The notes under the pieces: model-generated
What the model saw: the letters and a program-made list of their open reading frames with translations, nothing else
Told to the model about the DNA's origin: nothing
Databases searched by the model: none
Translations under genes and position numbers: made by a program
Assembly (NCBI RefSeq): GCF_009914755.1
Contig: NC_060947.1
Direction: 5' to 3' (one strand)
From: the human T2T-CHM13v2.0 reference genome, Homo sapiens
Length of the DNA stretch: 64,000 nt
In this document: positions 50,095 to 64,000 of the stretch, in pieces
Layout of the letters: the number at the start of each line of letters is the position of its first letter
How positions within the stretch are numbered: position 1 is the stretch's first letter

Positions 50095-50309
50095 GGCTAG
50101 ATGGTCAAAATGGATATGGAACAACCAGTGTAATTCTTTCAGAAGGCCCACTCCCTGGCCAGCCTGCCAAATTATTAAATTCTTTGTTAGGTCTTCTGTT
50201 CTTTTTGTCCACTCTATATTTTTCTGGAACTGTTTACACAAAGCTGAGAACTGGGTGGGGTTTTCATTCGCAATGAGCTACAGTTTTCTTAGGGACAATA
50301 GTTTAATAG

Positions 50310-50953
<644 letters not shown>

Positions 50954-52947
50954 TCTGAAGAATATTTTAAAAGCAAGCAAACAAAAACACACAGTAGCAA
51001 ATCTGGGAAAGAGGCCACTGAATCTGAACATTTTGTCATTTTGTCAAGCAGCACCTAATTCACAGATATGGATGACTGAGCCCTGAGAACTACTCAACAG
51101 AATCCATACGTCCAGGAGACAGGAAAGCTTTACTAGATGAGGGTTAGGAGAAGAGGTGGGATCTTTGTGGCAGAAACGAAATCGATGATGGGGTAAGTGA
51201 CTCTGTAGGGATCCAGGAAAGATGGTGGTTCAGATTGTACTAATACATTTGGAGAAAGATAAGTTTGTGAAGGCTCTCAAGATTAAAAACCATGCAAGGC
51301 TTGGCTGGACCATGGGCTCTTTGGCCCACCTCATGAAAGGGCCTCTCAGAAGGGAAGACATCAGCTGTGGGTTATGTTTTAAAATTCTAGGAAACAAGCT
51401 ACACAGAGGGTCTATGTTTATATTATGAGTCACAGCAGGGACAGGTGATGGGTCTAGGCCTTAACGTCTGCATACAATGTCTCTGACTGCCAAGATTGCT
51501 CTGAGGAGTTGTTTGTAAGAGTGAGTTTGAAAAGGAAATAAGGGAATGAAAAGGCCTCTTTCTTTCAGTGACCATTTTATACTTTGGACTCTTTTCTTCC
51601 ATTTGGTAAGGACAAATGATAGCAGTATACAAGGGATGTTGTAGCAACTTAAACTGTTCAGCAAAATTTCAGCAGGACCTTCGATGAAAAGTACTGAACA
51701 CTAGATACTACTAGGAATAGGAATAATATGAGAATGAATAAAGAGATAAATGAATGAATCACAGGGAATACCCTGGATAATGGATAATGAAAAAGTAATA
51801 AAGAAACACCCCATTCTTTTTAAACGGAGAGTCAGAATTCAAAAATATTGGCTGCTTGGAAACTCCACTATCTTAGCTTTAAAGCTCTCCCTTTTGTTCC
51901 TGAAATTTTATCTCTAGAATTTTATGTGCCATCTGCCAAATGTCCTTAGCTTGTCGCTATAACAGCCATTAACATTCCATGGGTCCGCTACTCAGTCAGT
52001 AAAGATTGACATCATGGCCATATTATATAGAACTGCCAAGGAAGCCAGGCCAAGCATGATTTTCCACATCCACTTCAATTGTTGTCTTAATTTCTTTGAC
52101 AAAGACCTGAATTAAAGAACAAGAGAGAAACCTGTAGAGCATGGCAACAACAAAGAAATAGACACGGAACTGCTTTAGGCAGAAACACACACACACAAAC
52201 ATTCCCAAGTGCACACATACAGACAAATAAGCAGCAGGACTTGTTCTGGACAGCTGAAGCAATATGCACCCCCGCAATAATGAGGCTTTCATCTCATAGC
52301 TCATTATTAATGCAGGGGAGCTTGATGAAGAACAAGGATGTGTTCTACAATTCTATGAGAAAATTCAGTCTGCAATTTGAGCTAGAGGACAGCAACAAAG
52401 ATAAGCACCCAATGGAGCATCTGACCCATACTTAGTTATATTTCTATTAAAATGTCCTTTTTCAATTTGAACTAATTATGAGCGTGTAACTGATAGTGAA
52501 GAACACCAAGCATCAAATATTTTTTACAACTCATTTGGCTTCTGGTTGTGCTATATTGTTGCCTGTGATAGAGTTGGGTTTTTGAGTGGTGGGATCACCC
52601 TGGACCAAGGAAGTTATTTCTGCATTGTGTTCAGCCCCAGCAGCCCTGTTTCAGTTCTCAAGCAGGCCAAGCATCCTCTTGAATTCTATGTCTTTGCTCA
52701 GATTGTTCCCTCTGACCATGCTTTGTCATACACCCACAAGCACTCACTCAATGTTTCTTGGTTTCTTGGTGGTGGTGATAACAGACATGCCATGCTTCTA
52801 GGACTGGACACTCCAGGAACTTGACTAGGTACATGGCAAAGCCCTGGAAAAGAAAGAGCACAGATTGGGGAAATAACAAGGATGGATGTGAATTCTGGGC
52901 TTTTCAACTTACATCCTGTGAGAGTCAACTAATAAAGTATAAGAATT

Positions 52948-54274
52948 CTCCCTCCTCCTCCCCCTCCCCCTCCCCTCCCCTCCCCTCCCCTCCCTCTCCC
53001 CTCCCCTCCCCTCCCCTCCCCCTCCCCCTCCCCCTCCCCCTCCCCCTCCCTCTCCCTCTCTCTTCTTCGGTCTCCCTCTGTTGCCGAGGCTGGACTGTAC
53101 TGCCGTGATCTCAGCTCGCTGCAACCTCCCTGCCTTGGGCTCCTGTGATTCTCCTGCCTCGGCCTGCCGAGTGCCTGGGATTGCAGGCACGCGCTGCCAC
53201 ACCTGACTGGTTTTTGTATTTTTGGTGGAGACGGGGTTTTGCCGTGTTGACTGGGCTGGTCTCCAGCTCCTGACCTCGAGTGATCTGCCCGCCTCGGCCT
53301 CCCAAGGTGCTGGGATTGCAGACGGAGTCTCGCTCACTCAATGCTCAATGTTGCCCAGGCTGGAGTGCAGTGGCATGATCTCGGCTCGCTACAACCTCCA
53401 CCTCCCAGCCACCTGCCTTGGCCTCCCAAAGTGCTAAGATTACAGCCTCTGCCCGGCCGCCACCCCATCTAGGAAGTGAGGAGCGTCTCTGCCTGGCCGC
53501 CCATTGTCTAGGATGTGAGGAGCCCCTCTGCCCGGCCGCCCCGTCTAGGAAGTGAGGAGCACCTCTGCCTGGCCGCCCCGTCTGGGAAGTGAGGAGCGCC
53601 TCTGCCCGGCCGCCCCATCTGGGAAGTGAGGCGTGCCTGTGCCCGGCCGCCCCGTCTGGGAGGTGAGGAGCACCTCTGCCTGGCCGCCACCCCATCTGGG
53701 AGGTGAGGAGCGTCTTTGCCTGGCTGCCACCCCGTCTGGGAAGTGAGGAGCGCCTCTGCCCGGCCGCCCCATCTGGGAGGTGAGGAGTGCCTCTGCCCAG
53801 CCGCCCCGTCTGGGAGGTGAGGAGCGCCTCTGACTGGCTGCTGTGCAATCTTCCAAGTGTGAAGTGACAGCCTTTCTGCAGATGTACCCAACACCTCTGA
53901 AGAGACAGCGACCATGGAGAACGGGCCATGATGACAATGGCGGTTTTGTCGAAAAGAAAAGGGGGAAATGTGGGGAAAAGAAAGAGAGATCAGATTGTTA
54001 CTGTGTCTGTGTAGAAAGAAGTAGACATAGGAGACTCCATTTTGTTCTGTACTAAGAAAAATTCTTCTGCTTTGGGATGCTGTTAATCTATAACCTTACC
54101 CCCAATCCCGTGCTCTCTGAAACATGTGCTGTGTCAGCTCAGGGTTAAATGGATTAAGGGCGGTGCAAGATGTGCTTTGTTAAATAGATGTTTGAAGGTA
54201 GCATGGTCGTTAAGAGTCATCACCACTCCCTAATCTCAAGTACCCAGGGACACAAACACTGCGGAAGTCCGCAG
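52948..54274 (+). mobile_element. SVA_A retrotransposon, 3'-truncated
   Basis: C/T-rich hexamer-like head 52948-53060, Alu-like domain to ~53445, ~40-bp VNTR to ~53840, HERV-K env/LTR-derived SINE-R to 54274; flanking agaatt repeats. Confidence 0.95.
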
Positions 54275-54977
54275 AGAATTTTTTATTTAAAAAAAAAAAA
54301 GATTTTTCATCTGAAAAATTGAAATAAAAATGTTGCCTCATAGGCTTACTTTAAGTATTAAAGGAGAAAGCATGTAGAAAGCTCATAGAACACTGGCAGG
54401 CACAGTTCACATGAGTTTCCGTAGTTCTGTAGAGGGAAGGATCCCTGTCTATCTTGGTGTCATTTGTGTTTCACAAGTGCTTTTTGATATTTCATAAATA
54501 ATTGACACTTGTGTGCCTAATATGTAGTGTTCTGTTATTCCTGCAAATTAATTTATGTTAAAATAATTCATTGGCTTTAACAGATCTCCCCAGCCAAGAA
54601 CCCAGAATGTTTGCTCTATGGGGAGTCTCATGGGTCTTTACAACATTCCAGGAATGGTGGGCAGGCTCCCTAATTTAATCCCAGTGATCAATTGGCAAAC
54701 AAAAGGGAAATGACTTGTTCAAGGTCCTGTCATCAGTGATGTCTACATTCTTGGGACCCAGAAAGTAACCCTGACTTTCGCTCCAGCATCGTGGAGTGAT
54801 TTGCTTTGTAGCTTTGTGCTTCCATAGTCTTTCTGGGGCTAACAGGGTAGCATAGACACCCACATTATGTGTTTGCCTGATGCTTACCTTGAGATTCAAA
54901 AGGAGGAGAAGGGAAAAAAGTCAGTAGAATAAAGATGAAGTCTGTCTTCCTCTTTGAACTCAACATGCAAATCGTTC

Positions 54978-55060
54978 TATTAGATTGAAACATATCAAAT
55001 TCTTGTTTTTGTAAGTAAAAAATGATTAAATGTCAGCAATTTCATTTGGTTTGGCTAAAT
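54978..55060. mobile_element. MADE2 mariner MITE
   Basis: tattagattgaaacatatcaaatt...gcaatttcatttggtttggctaa, ~80-bp imperfect palindrome. Confidence 0.7.
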
Positions 55061-55219
55061 ATAATAAAGAATGCACTGTATTTCTGACATAATGTAAATG
55101 CATATTGTTTTTTCTTCTCTGTAGCAGTTCCAAATGCTTTTTATCACATAATTTCACAGTTTCATTATGGTAATACCACCTCTGCTACAGAAGGGAGGGG
55201 ACAGGATGGGAATAAAATT

Positions 55220-55510
55220 TTTGCTGAGTGCCTAGTACAGGCCAGAAACTCTGTTAGGCATGTAACCAACGTTTTTACTTTAAATGCTTAAAAATCCTGC
55301 AAGTATATATCAGGGTCTCTTTTATTACTCATATTTTCACTAGGTATGCTCTGTGAGGTCTCTTTTATTACTCATATTTTCACTAAGTGTGCTCTGTGAG
55401 GCTCAGTGGAGTTAATTACATTTTCCAAGATTACAGTTAATAAGAGGCAGAGCAGGAGTTCTAACATAGTTGTGTCTGACTTAAAAGCCCAAGCTCTTGC
55501 CAATTGCCAC
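55220..55510 (-). mobile_element. MIR containing a 43-bp tandem duplication
   Basis: tgctgagtgcctagtac...gaggctcagtggagttaattac...gtctgacttaaaagcccaagctctt. Confidence 0.7.
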
Positions 55511-58051
55511 ATGGCTCCCCTTTTACATGGTAAGCTGCGAGGATTCAAGGCCAGGGTGGTCTAAACTTGTTGAGTATAGTCTGAATGAGATCATAGACAT
55601 TCATTTGGTTAGTTATATTTATCTTCCTCAAATAAGCATGTGTAAGTAGGCAGTTTTCTATGTGAATCTGGAATTTAAGAGAAATATGTTGTGGGATGAA
55701 GCTATGGAATTGGATTTCCAGTGTCTGATACCTAATAAAGCATGATAAATATTTCTTGAAGTAATGAATTATTAGATGAATTAGTTTTTGAGAGTCACCA
55801 GCAAGTAAAATTGAGATTATACCCTCCAAATCATTTTCTATGTATATACATTTTTCAAAGTGTTTGAAATCATACAGTACAAACTGTTTTATAATCTTTT
55901 AAAAGTAACTTTTATTGGTTTTGTAGTGGGTATAAATTTTCAGGATATAAAATTCAGTGGGTAAACAAATGTATCTTTTCGTTATTATATAACTGATCTT
56001 AGTATACATTATGGGCCCCATTCTTCCTCTTGAGGAAAACCTAATCTTGCTAATCAAGGGTAAATTAAGTCACCTTAGGGTTTGCTCAACAAATCCAACA
56101 TGAGCTAAATCAATTTATGCCTGAATCTAAGCCTCAGGAGTGAGGGACTTATATTGTATCATATAATCCTAGGTGGGAGGAGTAAATAAGAATGATTTGT
56201 CTTATAGCCGTTAGGCCAGGGAGAACAAGTAACTACCCTTAAATGAGAGAAGTGAAAAATCTACCCAGTAACTAGCCTTATTCACCTGACAAAAGAAGAT
56301 CCTGGGGAAGATAGCACCTATTTGCTGATTTGAGTATGGACATTACTCTTCTAGACAAATTTTGGAAAATAATTAGTCTTACTTTCTTGGAGGGGGTGAT
56401 ACCTAAGATGAGAAGTACATTTTCTTTGTGAGGGAACGAGGCTTTTCTAGGGGTAGGAAATGTGACTAGATGAAATATTACTTGATACATTCCCTGCCCC
56501 CTCACATATGGGTTTTATCCTCTTTTTGTCTTAATACCTGGGACACCATAGCTTCACAAGAATTCTATGTGTCATCATAATATGGGTAGAGTAGAACAGA
56601 GATGGCTTCATTTCATATGATGGCCGGAGAAAGCCTGAGGTAACCCCACTCAACTTTCCAAATTACTCCGAGTTGTGAGAAAACAGTCCGGTTTTTCTTG
56701 GTTTCCAACAGGACACAAGAGTTAGCTCAGCAAGACTGCGTATAGTCCTGAACCAGTCTTATGGTCAGGATGGGAGGTTGCAGCATGACAACATGAACCA
56801 CATGTTTGAGGTTTAGATGGGAACTCAAATATTTTGGAGGGTATCATCAAATACAGGAAAGGAAAAGATCAAGACACTATATAAGCCCTGAGAATCTAGA
56901 TGTCATATGGGGAAAAGCAGAGGGTGGAGGAGAGACATAAACTGATTGAATTGATCATAAATTGACTAAGCAATCCAAGAAGGAACGGAATTTATCTGGA
57001 ATTGGATACATTATACCTCCTATTTACAGCTCACCAGGGCTCAAAATGGAAATTAGGTTCAGATACAATATAGAAAAGTACACAAAAAGTAACACTTCTT
57101 GTACACTTGAGTGCTTGACTCTGGCTTGAAAATTTATGCCTACAATAGTTTTTCTTGTTTGTAAATATTATATTTATTCATTTGGGAAAATTAAAAAACA
57201 TAGCAGAGTTCAAGCTTTTGATCAGAAATAAAACTTAAATATCTTAGACAAAAGAGAGAAAAGGCAGTGAGGAAAAGATTATCGACTTAACCTAGTAGAG
57301 AGCTATCTGGAAGTCTGTTTAGTAAAGAAAGTATTCCTAGAACCCCTAGTTATTTTCAGAACTCTAAAACATGTGAAAGAAACACATGCTTGCTGTAAAA
57401 ACATGTAAGTAGTGTAGACATGTATAATCTGGAAGGTAAATCTGTCTATATTTCCTCCTTCCTCCAAAAAATCCTTTGATTTAAAAATCCTTTGATAATT
57501 TCCTTGCATTTATTATACTAATACCTATGTGTATATATACACACATAAAGTGTTCAGATCCTTAGCCTATTCCATTGTTGATTTGTAAGGGGTCTTTATA
57601 TATTAAGAATACTAACCATTTTTATAATACATCTTGCAAATATTTTCTCATCTTTTGATTACTTTTAATCTTATGGTGACTTTTTTCATATACAATGTGT
57701 TAAAAATTTGCTTATAAACAAAGTTCAACGTGAACACATTTGGAAATACCAGTGTATTCATCACTCTCCTGATTATATAAACCTGAAAGTCAGCTGAGTT
57801 GGTGATTAAAAATTGACAAGATTAAAAACATGGGAAATGCAGGACTTCCAGGACTCAGTGTCAATCCTAGTTTTTAGTCCCTGCTTTCATATTTACATGT
57901 TTGGTGATCTGGGATAAATATTTAACTTATCTAAGCATCTAATGGTTTTGCTATTATTAAAGGCTATAAAATAAAGTTACCTCTTTGTAGTTCTCCTATG
58001 CTAGCTTTTTAGGCCAAGTGGCATAATTTCATATTCACGTCCTCTGTTGAC

Positions 58052-58096
58052 ATCATCATAATCATCATCATCATTATCATCATTATCTTCATCATG
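58052..58096. repeat. (CAT)n imperfect trinucleotide repeat
   Basis: Direct reading. Confidence 0.85.
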
Positions 58097-58637
58097 CCAT
58101 GTGCACGTCATGGCTGCTAGCAAGTCTAAAAAAAAAAACAGTCCCTGAATCCTGGAAACATATTGAACAGAAAGGCAGACTGAAAGAACAAGAGCTAGAA
58201 TCCTCTTACTGCCATTTATTAGGTGCTCATTCCTAGAAAAGTTACCATCTATAAATCTGAGATTGATCATCTGAAAAATATGAGTTATCCTGCCTTCTTT
58301 AAATTATTTTTTTCAAAGAGAAAATGAGACAATCTATGGAAAGTGTTTGGCATGTCTTAAGGCTTCCAGAATGTTATTATTTAACCTCACATGTCTTCCT
58401 TCCTTCCATTATAGAAATGACTTTTACATAAACTAAATAGTATAATAGTCAAATGATCAAACAACTCCTCCCAACTTAGATGAGTACTGAATTTCCAGTA
58501 AATTGACTCTGAACTTTCTGTCATTGTGTCAAGTAGCACCAAATTCACAGGTGTGGAATACAGATGTCTAGGAGAGGGGAAAGCTTGACTTCCTCTGGAT
58601 GACTTCCTAGGGAGACATGGTGCTTCTGATTGGTGCC

Positions 58638-59182
58638 TATAGTAGATCATGTTCCCAAAGATGGCTACATTAATATCTCTCATTTCACATACTGTTTTGG
58701 AATGTGACTTTATCCCCATCCCATCAAGAAGAGAAGTCTGTTTCCCCTTCCCTGGAATCTGGGTTGGCCTTGTGTTCGTTTTTGACCAATAAAATGCAGC
58801 AGAAATAATGTCTGGCATTTCCGTGGCTATGCCTTAAGGAGTCTTCAGCTTTTACTTTTGTCTTGTGGAGTGCTCTTTCTTGGAATCTAGCCACCATGCT
58901 GTAAGGAGCCCAAGCAGTCATGTGGAGAAGCGTGTGGAGAAATGAGTCTCTCTGCTGCCAGATCCAGCTGAGCTCCTGTCAGTAGCCTGCATCAACCTTC
59001 AGTAATGTGATTGAGGCTGTTTTCAATTTTTTGACCATCCCAGCACCCCAGCTGACAGCACCTGAAGCAAAAGAAACACCCAGTAAGCCCATAGAATTAT
59101 GACAAGCGGTAATAAAAAATCATTCATGTTTTAAGTCTCTATGTTCGGGGTGGTTTTTTATGCAGCAGAAGATAACCAAACA
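58638..59182 (+). mobile_element. MLT1F/G/H-type MaLR solo LTR
   Basis: cccaaagatggc...ccatcaagaag...gaatctgggttggccttgtg...gcagcagaagataaccaaaca; TSD gtgcc/ctgcc. Confidence 0.85.
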
Positions 59183-60899
59183 CTGCCTATGTTTGGATTG
59201 GTAGAATATGGGAAAGACTGTTTGTGAAGGCTCTCAAGATCTGATGAAACAAGACTAGCATGACTCTCTGGCCGGTCTCTCCTACACAGGGGTCTCTGAG
59301 AAAACGGAGTCACTAGCTGTGGATTGCATTTCAAAATTCTAAAAAAGGAGGGGTTTGCCTGGAGATGCTACTATGTAGTTAATGAGGTTAGAGTTTAAAG
59401 TCTGCATATGATGCTTCTAAGTTTTTTTTTTGGTGTTTGCTTTTTTTTAAGGAGGAGAATGGTCCCTTGGGTTTTAAAACAGAAAGCAAGTTATGAAATG
59501 GCCTCTTTCTCTCTAGATATTTCATAACCTGGACTGACTTCTTTCATTTTAGAGGGGAAAATTTGATCAACATTCAAGGGGTGCTGCAGTGTTTCACAAT
59601 CACCAATAGACCCCACTACCAAATCCAATGAAAAAAGCTACACATGAGCTACTTCCACAATTCAATTTTTTATAGGACAGGAGGAAGGGAGGAGGAAAGG
59701 AAAAAAATCTTGGGATAAGAAAAATATGCCATATCATTTTAATAAAGTGTAAAGATTCTGAATATCGGTTGTCTGGGCACCTTGTTGACATGATTACATC
59801 TCTGGAATGGAATGTACAGTTGTTCCAGACAGTCACAATAACATCCATTAACATTCAGCGGATCTACTCCTCTGTTAGCAAAGACCTTGGCATCAGGGTC
59901 AGCACAGTCAGAACTGCTGGAAAACTCAGTCAGGTATGATTTTACACATTCACCTAAAAGCCGATCTTAAATCCTTGGATAAGGACCCAAATTCATAGAT
60001 CAAAAGAGAATCCCCAGTAAGAGAACAGTAATAAAACAACAGAAAGACATACAGAAACTTTTAGTAGACAGAAGCAGAGATACAAACAACACATGTATGA
60101 TTGTGTCTATATATTTATAGAACACTGCTGTCTTACAACAATCTCTCTTTCAGAACAGTGTCTCAGAGACTTGCTGACATAATTAAATTAGTTGACAATG
60201 TAAAGAAGTTGTCACAGTGAGAGTTCCCTTAGCTTGTTCCTTTTGCGCAGGTGCCATGTGTTTTTGGATGGTCTCTGAATTCTACCAGACACCTTCCCCA
60301 ACTGCACCATGAGCAGTTAAAATAGAAAATTAATAGCAGACATTTATTGGGCAATTACTCTCTAGAAGGCTAATTTTCTTACAGATAATTTACACTAAAT
60401 TGATTTCCTTACACATAACAGCTTCTTCCTTTCCTTCTGAGAACTCAGAATGCTTACAGAAATGGGGGTGTCATTTATCTTTCAAATATTTTGAATGTTT
60501 GGGATTGCTTTATCCTATCGCCAGGGATTACTTAGAAATTGGGACCCAGACAGAGCTCCGGACTCTTGCTCTTGTGTCCCTCCTGCAGACCCATCATTAT
60601 GGGCTAGGTTTCTATTATGTATCTTAACACTCTGAGACTTAAAGAATACTAGAAACTTCCAAGTCATACACATGCATCATATTAATCTAGAAGGTCCAAA
60701 TGAATTGGGAAAAGTACAATGACTGAATTGTTCTATTATACAGAAATTGTATTGGATTACATTCATAATGTAAATAAACATATATTTAATTTTCTTTTTG
60801 CTCTTACATTTCTGGATGTTCTCTATGATATAGTTGTGCTATTGAGTTCATGGGTAAGTCATTTCTGCTAAGAAAGGGAAGAGATGGAGTGAGAAAAAG

Positions 60900-61110
60900 T
60901 GAATATGTGTTGAATTTTCAGACTGAATGGTTGAGTGCACTACATTTCGTATTTTCTTTTGAAACACAGATAACAGTCTCCCTGTACAGATGAGGAAATT
61001 AAGTCTTAGAGAATTTAAGCAAACTTTCCAAGCTTAACACCTTAAATAAATGGCAGAACATAAATTTTAACCCATGTTTGTCTGATTCTGAACTCAATGT
61101 TCTCTCTCTG
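60900..61110 (-). mobile_element. MIR, positional counterpart of the 55220-55510 MIR
   Basis: tacagatgaggaaattaagtcttagaga...tggcagaac...aacccatgtttgtctgattct. Confidence 0.7.
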
Positions 61111-61224
61111 CCCCTACTACACTGCCTTCTACTTAGATGGTAAGCTTTTAGAGCTCAAGGACTGTATAATTTGAATTGCCTTGATAAAGTGTCCATGCCT
61201 GGTCATAAATGTTAATATTCATTA

Positions 61225-61845
<621 letters not shown>

Positions 61846-62459
61846 TTAAATCATATTTTTAGCAGATACGATAGAATGTACATTATAGAACTACTATAGG
61901 GTGAAAATGGCAATATTTTTAGTATTGTCTAGGATATAGTAGACTGAACAAGTATTACTCCTGTCTCCCTGCCTTCTCTCTCCCATTAAATATATGATTT
62001 TAATGTAATTTAAATAGTAAAATTATTACAGAAAATATTAGAAATGTAACAGCAACAAGTAAAATGTAAATATATTTTAGTAATCTGTGAGCTTCAGTGT
62101 CATTTCTGTGTTATAGGATGAATTACCTGGTGAATATGGGACAAGGGAAAAATAATCATTATGCCATTTTCTTTATGTTCATGTCCCCTTTCCTGTCTCT
62201 GGTATTACCCTTTAGTGGATCATCAGAGAAATAGTTTTTCTACTGAGCCCTAGAAATAAATAACAGTAGTAGTCCTGCTTGTTAGAAGACTGAAGATAGA
62301 AGATCTAGAATCCATATGCCAGATCCATTACCAATTACTGGACCATGGGTGTGTCTGTCTTTCTCTGAGATTGCCTCATTTCTAAAATACAAAGTACTAT
62401 ATAATAGACTGAATAGTAAGAAACTGACATTTTTCTTTGTCAAAATGCTCCAGTTGTGA

Positions 62460-62710
62460 CTATTTTATGCAGTTCATTTTAATATAACAGTGGTTAAGAG
62501 TATGAGCTTACTATGATAAGACTTGGGTTTGAAATTAGATTCCACATCAAACCAGTTATGCTTTCTTTACCTGTAGTTTCTTGTCTTTTCAATACAGAAC
62601 AGAATAGTATCTGCACCATTATATGTAATTGAAGATTTAATGTGATACTACAAGTAAAGCATTATTGATAGATACATACCAAATGCTCAATAAATGTTAG
62701 TTACCTTTAT
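62460..62710 (+). mobile_element. MIR
   Basis: cagtggttaagagtatgagc...acttgggtttgaaat...atgctcaataaatgttagtt. Confidence 0.7.
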
Positions 62711-62779
62711 TGTTGTTGTTATTGCTATTCTTGACCTTTTAAGAGCAAATAATGGAAGAAAATGTTATATTTTTAGTTA

Positions 62780-63460
62780 TTAAGATGTTTTATGAAGCAA
62801 CGACATTAAAACAAAGTAAGACTGGCAGAAAATCTGAGATATAGTTTAATGGAACAGAATAAAAGCTCAGTCCCCAGGTTTTAAATGTGATAAACTTGAT
62901 ATTTCTAATCAGTAAGTAACATGGATTATTCTGGAAATGGTGTTGGGAACAGTTGGCAAACTTTTTCACTTAAAAATATAAATTTTGATCCTTTTCTTCA
63001 TAAACTATGAAGGAAAAAATCCAACATGGCACTGGTATAAAAAATGAATTCACAGTTTATTGGTAAATAACAAAAAGACTAGAAATATAACCAAATTACA
63101 CAATATGCATTTTCAGTATTTACCACTCTAGGTTATTAGTAGTTTCCAATTAAACAACAGTGAAACATCACCTTATTGGCAGGCAAAAATTAAAATGGTA
63201 GATGGTGGATGTCAAGTGTTGTTGGAGTCTATGGAGCCCTCCATGCACTGCTGGTAGAAATACATTCTGGAGAGCAACATAGAAGTGTTTAGTCATATAA
63301 AAGGTACACATTCTCAATGACCCAACATGTCTGCTCCAGGGTGAATACCTCAGAGTCATTTTTATATAGCTAAATAAAAGAATATGTATAAGGGTATATT
63401 TGTGGTGGTGAGAAGTTGAAGGCAACTTGGATATCTATCACAAGGACAAGGAAAAATATT
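62780..63460 (+). mobile_element. L1ME-type fragments
   Basis: aatggaacagaataaaa...aaatggtgttgggaacagttggc...catgcactgctggtaga. Confidence 0.6.
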
Positions 63461-64000
63461 TGTCTATTGTTGAGAATCATTAGATGTGCTATTGTGCATT
63501 TCTGATACCTGGTCCTTTCTTATCCACAAATCAACACTTACCAGCCAGTCAGTGAACCTCTCCCAGCTCCTGTTTCCTCAACCACAAAAATAAGGGAACT
63601 GCATGGACCATCATGGTGACTTTATTCTTTTTTATGTCCTCTGATGTATAGTTCAGTGAACTCTCATATAACTTTATGTTTTTGTCTCTACCTTTTTCAT
63701 ATTAGGATAATGGGCAATGACTTTGAACAGTAGTTTAAACATTAGGTGTTTGACTCTCTTTAAAAGGAATCATTGCTGTTAAGATCTTTAAGTAATAAGG
63801 ATAACCAGGCCATAATTCACTTATCCATATGCTGTAAGTGAAGCTATCTGGAAAAAGAGAAAATGAGAGCATAGAAAATGGCATTTTCTTGAGCACTGAA
63901 ATTTTACCTGAAAAAAGGTTAGAGAAACCTGATATAATATAAAAAGGCTAGAGAGACCTGATCATGGTGCTTTTTCTTCTTATTTTATCTCATGATCATT

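Noticed and set aside
52909-53937. 130-194 aa GC-rich ORFs and a ~40-bp repeat array (CRISPR-like look)
   Set aside because: SVA VNTR and Alu-like domain; no unique spacers, eukaryotic context
59790-59939. Plus-strand 49-aa ORF (MITSLEWNVQ...) in duplication unit 2
   Set aside because: The unit 1 counterpart has a stop or frameshift and no protein family is recognisable; similarity is explained by nucleotide homology
51960-60215. miRNA look-alikes (aacattc as in miR-181; aatgtaaagaagt at ~60198 as in miR-1)
   Set aside because: Only partial matches with no complementary hairpin arm
60213-60255. cacagtg as a V(D)J recombination signal
   Set aside because: No nonamer at 12- or 23-bp spacing and no V/J coding segment
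63912-63962. 22-bp imperfect direct repeat
   Set aside because: Only two copies; ordinary local slippage

Overview
Repeat-rich, AT-rich hominoid (human or great-ape) genomic DNA. The SVA_A and L1PA3-type elements imply hominoid origin. No intact host protein-coding gene is recognisable: the ORF track is explained by L1, Alu, SVA and LTR sequence plus one decayed KRAB-zinc-finger retrocopy. Main contents: a U6 snRNA retropseudogene with a perfect 14-bp TSD; an ~8.5 kb old L1MA with nested MST, Alu and a second L1 3' end; a MER41 solo LTR; a full-length but ORF-broken L1PA3-type element; two MER21 solo LTRs; a ZNF519-like processed pseudogene copied from a KRAB-A-skipped mRNA; and a 3'-truncated SVA_A. 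The most unusual signal is a cryptic, ancient head-to-tail duplication of non-repeat DNA (about 50.1-55.9 kb versus 57.7-61.9 kb). It keeps short high-identity blocks and can be dated by shared versus copy-specific transposons. Repeat subfamily names come from remembered consensus sequences, not from a RepeatMasker/Dfam run, and boundaries of old elements are approximate.
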